From a virus (taxonomy: Duplodnaviria > Caudoviricetes), in IMG/VR virus record IMGVR_UViG_3300037484_000933, positions 1-26,313 of that record: DNA of 26,313 nt; one strand, given 5' to 3'. Position 1 is the stretch's first letter. Each line of letters begins with the position of its first letter. The notes beneath the pieces were generated by a model. The model made no database searches and had not been told where the DNA came from. It saw only the letters and a program-made list of their open reading frames with translations. The translations under genes and the position numbers were made by a program. Below, one piece after another: positions 24,900-26,313 of the stretch.

Positions 24900-25592
24900 T
24901 CATTTCGTGATGGTTAGTATCCCGGATGAGGGCGGCGGGGCTTTGGAGAGCTCGAGGGCGGCGGGTTGATCCTGGTCGGCGGCTGGCTGATAGCCTGGAT
25001 TGATGATGATCTGGATTCCTTCAGCTTGCTCGAGTACCTCTTTAGTCAATCCGAGAACCTTAGCCAGCGATGCCCAGGCGTTAAGCCGCACCATTTCACT
25101 CTTGGCGGTTTGTGCCAGGGTGAGTAGGCCCATAGCAACGGCGGTTTCGCCCGCGCCGATTATCCTAAAGATTTTCCGGTGATCCCCTGCCTGGCACTCA
25201 TGCTTGAGGATAATCCTTTTTGCCAGATTATAGCGCCAAACCTCTGAAACATGGCCATAACCGGCTATAATCATTGCTTTATTAATCGCCATACCTTCAG
25301 TTAGGTGTAATTCCAGGAACTTAAGCTCTTTCAGCGTCAATTTTTCTTTAATATCGCATTTTTCCTTTCTATCCTCTATAGTTACCCCTTTTGACTCTTG
25401 ATTATCTGAATCATTTTGAATAGTTACGTTATTAGGCGCATTTGGGATTACATCTATCTTATTGGAATCATTAGGGATATTACCTTTATTGGTATCTATC
25501 CCATTAGATTTGTTCGGTTTTTTCCCTTTTTTCTTTTTGGTAGCTTGTCGAATTGCCTGCTTGGTGGTCAGCTTGGTGGATAGTTTACCCAT
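24900..25592 (-). CDS. Putative terminase small subunit
   Basis: LT.KE.KF.E......A...AGY HTH pattern and VRL.A...LAK.LGL helix; low-complexity basic/Asn N-terminus; start uncertain. Confidence 0.65.
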   Translation of the reverse strand: MGKLSTKLTTKQAIRQATKKKKGKKPNKSNGIDTNKGNIPNDSNKIDVIPNAPNNVTIQNDSDNQESKGVTIEDRKEKCDIKEKLTLKELKFLELHLTEGMAINKAMIIAGYGHVSEVWRYNLAKRIILKHECQAGDHRKIFRIIGAGETAVAMGLLTLAQTAKSEMVRLNAWASLAKVLGLTKEVLEQAEGIQIIINPGYQPAADQDQPAALELSKAPPPSSGILTITK

Positions 25593-25662
25593 AACGTATT
25601 GATATTACTCAATTATCCTTTTTGGTATCCCCAAAAACACTATATAAGGTATTGATATTACT
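25591..25662 (-). promoter_or_regulatory. Two 19-bp direct repeats, each containing a perfect IHF consensus WATCAANNNNTTR
   Basis: Minus strand TATCAATACGTTA (25592-25604) and TATCAATACCTTA (25645-25657), 53 bp apart. Confidence 0.6.
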
Positions 25663-25686
25663 TACTTAATTCCCACCTGCGCGAAG

Positions 25687-25706
25687 AGATAGATAGATAG
25701 ATAGAT
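25687..25706. repeat. (AGAT)5 microsatellite
   Basis: Read directly. Confidence 0.9.
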
Positions 25707-25840
25707 AACCATAGATGGTTGATATACCAATGGTTTGTGATTGTCAAGGGCGATTTTTCCAACCATATAGACGAGATAGACTGATTCACTTCGCAAGCGC
25801 CGGACGTGTACCTACCTGAAACCCGCATGGTTACGTCATT

Positions 25841-25914
25841 TTGACTGACTGGTGAAATTATTTTCAGTCAATGTGACTTTTTTTCTTGACAAGATGGTCA
25901 CGAATAGATACGTT
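25841..25914 (+). promoter_or_regulatory. Rightward sigma70-type promoter with operator-like palindromes
   Basis: TTGACA 25886-25891, 17-nt spacer, TACGTT 25909-25914; TGAC-AAGATG-GTCA overlaps the -35; TTGACTGA/TCAGTCAA inverted repeat 25841-25871. Confidence 0.7.
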
Positions 25915-25956
25915 GTAGACAGGAACACAGTTTGACCCTGATAGAGATTGACGAAA

Positions 25957-25968
25957 CGCTCTTTGAAA
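25957..25968 (+). promoter_or_regulatory. boxA-like antitermination element
   Basis: CGCTCTTTGAAA about 40 nt downstream of the promoter; resembles lambdoid/rrn boxA GCTCTTTAACA. Confidence 0.6.
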
Positions 25969-26150
25969 TCACCTGAGACCGCACCCTGACCCCGGATTCC
26001 CCCGGTAATGAAGCTGGGACCAGATACCCAGGCAGGGCAGCAAGCGGACGGAAGGATGAGAAAAGGGAGATGGTTTATTTCCTATCCCCACGGTGCAGGC
26101 TGGCCGTGGTGATAGATGAGTGAGCCTAAATCTTGAAGGATGGAGGGAAT

Positions 26151-26313
26151 ATGAAAGACGATAAAAGGTTTCCCGTATCCCGTGACCCTGTTCAAGGCCC
26201 CACGGTCAGCCTACAGCTTGAATTGATGGTTGAGTATTTTCCAGAGGGAGTCAGTAAAGAAGACCTGGCTATGTACCTGGCAAATATCGCTAACCATGCC
26301 ATTGAAGAGGGGC
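26151..26313 (+). CDS. Partial hypothetical protein (MKDDKRFPVSRDPVQG...), first gene of the rightward operon
   Basis: GGAGG SD; open to the window end. Confidence 0.65.
   Translation, partial: MKDDKRFPVSRDPVQGPTVSLQLELMVEYFPEGVSKEDLAMYLANIANHAIEEG

Noticed and set aside
25905-25960. Hammerhead-like core (CTGATAGA...GAAAC)
   Set aside because: Extra base in the core, no real stem II, and the required upstream strand overlaps the predicted -10 box
1-26313. Stop-codon reassignment
   Set aside because: Core genes are full length under the standard code, and TAA, TAG and TGA all occur as real stops

Overview
Packaging and morphogenesis region of a tailed phage or prophage with a podovirus-like layout (no tape-measure, sheath or tube gene in the window). 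Reading the minus strand from right to left: putative small terminase, a ~6 kb accessory block, large terminase, portal, scaffold, major capsid, capsid decoration/fibre proteins, a glycosyltransferase-methyltransferase fusion, head-tail adaptor, tail nozzle-like protein and several fibre proteins. The accessory block holds a DNA methyltransferase, DUF5131, an XRE HTH protein, an intact tmRNA (tag ADNYHMLKAA), a nucleoside-deoxyribosyltransferase-like protein, an atypical tRNA-Gly and a plus-strand AbrB-like plus zincin-like pair. The strongest leads are: (1) a candidate virion glycosylation/glycan-methylation module next to an Asn- and sequon-rich capsid fibre gene; (2) a three-copy covarying RNA hairpin upstream of the scaffold gene; (3) a fibre gene built of AT-rich cassettes separated by 30-bp repeats conserved at synonymous sites; (4) the phage tmRNA followed by a perfect-SD minigene; (5) inverted homologous promoter/operator blocks, IHF sites and a G4 tract around terS. 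Family names come from motif recognition by eye, not database searches.
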